Assembly: GCA_031265355.1 (NCBI GenBank)
Contig: JAISCT010000011.1
Location: 1 to 64,000 of the forward strand
DNA length: 64,000 nucleotides
DNA from: Oscillospiraceae bacterium
Lineage (GTDB): Bacteria; Bacillota; Clostridia; Oscillospirales; UBA929
Reading direction: 5' to 3'
Shown here: piece by piece, positions 61,627 to 64,000 of the stretch
How positions within the stretch are numbered: position 1 is the first letter of the stretch
Layout of the letters: each line of letters begins with the position of its first letter
Program-made: the position numbers and the translations under genes
The notes under the pieces: generated by a model
The model's input: the letters and a program-made list of their open reading frames with translations, nothing else
Database searches by the model: none
What the model was told of the DNA's origin: nothing

Positions 61627-62700
61627 TTACTTTTTGACCAGGTACTTCCTTACATCGATGGACACGGCCAGAATGATGATGAGGCCTTTGATGATGTACT
61701 GGAGGTAAGGGTTGACGCCGAGAAAACTCAGCGAGTAGTTGATCATCTGAAGCAAGACGACGCCAATCACCACCCCGGGGATGGTGCCGACACCGCCGGA
61801 GAAAGAGACGCCGCCGATGACGCAGCCTGAGATGGCATCCAAGTCGTAGTTGAGACCCGTGCCTGTGTTGACAGATTGGATGCGACCGGCCTCCAGACAG
61901 GCGGCCACACCGTACAGCACGCCCGCGACCAGATAAACGCCCATGATGTTTTTGGCAATGTTGACGCCGGACACGGCGGCGGCCTCTTTGTTTCCGCCAA
62001 TAGCGAACATGTTCTTGCCCAGTGCGGTCTTGTTCCACACCACCCACATGATAACGGCCGCGACGGCGAAATAAATGATGAGGTACGGCAGCGTGAACCC
62101 GCCTGATCCATCCTCTTTTTTCTTGATAATCTCGAAGCCGCCGTTCACAAAGTTCAGGAACGTCTGGTTGAAAGAGGAGAGCGCCTGTGCGCCGTTCTCC
62201 TGACTGTCAATGTAGATACAGGTGACGCCGAAGGCGATGAGCTGGGTGCCCAGCGAAACGATGAAGGCGTGCAGATTTAGTTTAGACACGCCGAAGCCAT
62301 TGATCGCGCAGAACACCATCGCGATGGCGATACTGAGCACGAGCGGCACGATCACCGGCAGATCCGTCGTGATGTTTTTGTACATGCGAGACGCGTAAGT
62401 CACGGACTGCATCAGGGAAGCGGACACCGCGGCACAGACGCCGACGATGCGCCCGGCGGACAGGTCGGTACCCGCCAGTACGATCATACCGGCGGCGCCG
62501 AGCGCCAAAATACCCCTTGTGGAGGCTTGGGTGAGAATCTTGGTGAAATTAGAAATCGATAGAAATGCGGGGTTGATCGAGATGACCACGACGATCATCA
62601 AGCCAAGGATGATGTACAGTGCGTAACTGAGCAAAAAATCGTTAACTTTCTGCCTGTTTAAGGGGGATTTTGTATTCTCCATCGTTGATCCCTCACTCAA
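61627..62700 (-). CDS. Sugar ABC transporter permease (MglC/RbsC-like), second locus
   Basis: Polytopic permease homologous to the product of 57002..58279. Confidence 0.75.
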   Translation of the reverse strand: MSEGSTMENTKSPLNRQKVNDFLLSYALYIILGLMIVVVISINPAFLSISNFTKILTQASTRGILALGAAGMIVLAGTDLSAGRIVGVCAAVSASLMQSVTYASRMYKNITTDLPVIVPLVLSIAIAMVFCAINGFGVSKLNLHAFIVSLGTQLIAFGVTCIYIDSQENGAQALSSFNQTFLNFVNGGFEIIKKKEDGSGGFTLPYLIIYFAVAAVIMWVVWNKTALGKNMFAIGGNKEAAAVSGVNIAKNIMGVYLVAGVLYGVAACLEAGRIQSVNTGTGLNYDLDAISGCVIGGVSFSGGVGTIPGVVIGVVLLQMINYSLSFLGVNPYLQYIIKGLIIILAVSIDVRKYLVKK

Positions 62701-64000
62701 TTGTATTTGGCGGCCAGACGCATGATGTCTTCCTGCGCGGTTGCCTTTACCTGTTCGTTGATTTCCAGTGCCCCCGCAAGCCGACCGTTGGACATGACCA
62801 GAATGCGGTCACAGATGCCGATGAGCTCCGGCATTTCAGAAGAAACCATCACAATGCTTTTTCCACGGCTCGCCAAATCGATGATCAACTGGTAGATCTG
62901 ATATTTGGCGCCCACGTCAATGCCGCGGGTGGGTTCGTCCAGAAGCAGTACGTCGGGGTCCGTGAGCAACCAGCGGCCCAGAATGACTTTCTGCTGGTTC
63001 CCGCCTGAAAGCGAACGGATGTGGGTCTTGTAGCTAGGCGTCTTGATGCTCATGGAATCAATCGCCCAGTTGGTGTCTTTGAGCATCTTCTTTTCGGAAA
63101 GCAGCCCGTAGTGGTTGTACGCGGGGAGATTGGCCAGCACGGTGTTGAAGAGGATGCTTTGCAGCGGGATGATCCCGGTGGCGCGGCGCTCCTCTGTGAG
63201 CAGTGCGAACCCGTTTCGGATCGCGCGCTTGGAATCCCGGTTGTCTACCTTCTGCCCCCTGAGGGTCACACATCCATCGCTGTGGTGCGCGATCCCAAAA
63301 ATGGTCTCCACCAGTTCTGTTCTGCGGGAACCCACCAGACCGGAAACGCCGAGGATCTCTCCCTTGCGCAGTTCAAACGACACATCGATGCAAGAGGGCA
63401 TATATTTTCCGGTGAGACTCTGCACTTGCATAAGTACTTCACCGGGTACATTCTTTTTAGGCGGGAAACGGTTGGTCAGCTCGCGGCCGACCATCAGCCG
63501 GATGATTTCATCTGTGGTAAGGTTGCTGGCCTGCTTGGTGGCCACCCACTGTCCGTCCCGCATGATGGTGACATCATCAGAGATTTGCAAAATCTCCTCC
63601 ATTTTATGGGAAATATAAATGATGCCAACACCCTTGTCCCGCAGTTTGAAAATGATTTGGAAGAGATGTTCTACCTCCTCGTGCGTCAGAGAAGATGTCG
63701 GTTCATCTAGCACAAGGATTTTGGCGTTGTAAGAAACAGCTTTGGCGATTTCTACCATTTGACGTTGCGAGACGGAAAGCTTGCCGATCATGAAGCGGGG
63801 ATCTACATTAATATCCAAATCTTGAAAAATTTCTTTGGTTTTTTCGTACATGAGCTTGTGACTAATCAGACCGTTTGCTTTGGGGAAGCGCCCCAGCCAA
63901 AGATTTTCCATGACACTGCGCCGCAATACCTGGTTCAGTTCCTGATGCACCATGGCCACGCCGTTTTCCATGGCCTGCCTAGGGTTGTCAAACCGCACTT
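62697..64000 (-). CDS. Sugar ABC transporter ATPase (MglA-like), second locus; the 5' end runs off the window
   Basis: Protein begins inside NBD1 (…MVHQELNQV) and has a second NBD (LSGGNQQK). Its N-terminus and cognate SBP are presumably beyond 64000. Confidence 0.75.
   Translation of the reverse strand, partial: VRFDNPRQAMENGVAMVHQELNQVLRRSVMENLWLGRFPKANGLISHKLMYEKTKEIFQDLDINVDPRFMIGKLSVSQRQMVEIAKAVSYNAKILVLDEPTSSLTHEEVEHLFQIIFKLRDKGVGIIYISHKMEEILQISDDVTIMRDGQWVATKQASNLTTDEIIRLMVGRELTNRFPPKKNVPGEVLMQVQSLTGKYMPSCIDVSFELRKGEILGVSGLVGSRRTELVETIFGIAHHSDGCVTLRGQKVDNRDSKRAIRNGFALLTEERRATGIIPLQSILFNTVLANLPAYNHYGLLSEKKMLKDTNWAIDSMSIKTPSYKTHIRSLSGGNQQKVILGRWLLTDPDVLLLDEPTRGIDVGAKYQIYQLIIDLASRGKSIVMVSSEMPELIGICDRILVMSNGRLAGALEINEQVKATAQEDIMRLAAKYN

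Overview
This is a 64-kb fragment of a high-GC Gram-positive anaerobe (I did not compute GC; most genes look above 60% by eye). GGAGG-type RBSs, a cwlD-like sporulation amidase, butyrate kinase and an [FeFe]-hydrogenase-like domain point to a spore-forming Clostridia, probably an Oscillospirales-type gut bacterium. All annotation is hand translation and motif recognition with no database search. Coordinates may be off by 1 nt in places and all domain and family names are from memory.

The window is dominated by three giant secreted multidomain glycosidases. The first is a partial GH-like protein of more than 1590 aa that runs off the window start and is absent from the ORF track because its stop lies outside the window. 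The second is a ~1546-aa GH27 alpha-galactosidase with NPCBM domains and a degenerate rhodanese-like insert. The third is a ~2180-aa GH2 beta-galactosidase with LamG-like, NPCBM and Big_4 modules. A 593-aa secreted protein shares a ~95-aa module with the GH2 C-terminus and a GH27 internal segment.

Other content, in order:
- an NfeD-flotillin pair
- a putrescine/GABA-type catabolic module (PatA-like aminotransferase, divergent PII-like protein, APC permease, aldehyde dehydrogenase) behind an AraC regulator
- a soluble [FeFe]-hydrogenase-like domain fused to an MCP signalling domain, in a low-GC gene
- a DUF4143 AAA ATPase
- radA
- an ACT-fused butyrate kinase
- an ECF sigma / anti-sigma pair
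- TetR with a 2-hydroxyacid dehydrogenase
- a MATE pump
- an oppBCDF-A oligopeptide transporter
- a hisC-like aminotransferase
- an AmtB-GlnK fusion
- a membrane-anchored sugar-binding protein with sensor kinase and REC-AraC regulator (XylFII-LytS-YesN-like) next to two tandem mglBAC-like sugar ABC transporters

The most unusual structure is at the DNA level. A ~285-bp bidirectional promoter/leader cassette is duplicated in inverted orientation upstream of both the partial GH gene and the GH2 gene. It contains a conserved small ORF whose few differences are all synonymous. Structured 3' elements, related palindromes and a ~120-bp repeat carrying a butyrate-kinase 3' remnant flank the secreted-protein gene and the GH2-ATPase-radA block. 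Together these suggest modular rearrangement of this glycan-degradation island. No rRNA, tRNA or CRISPR array was seen.
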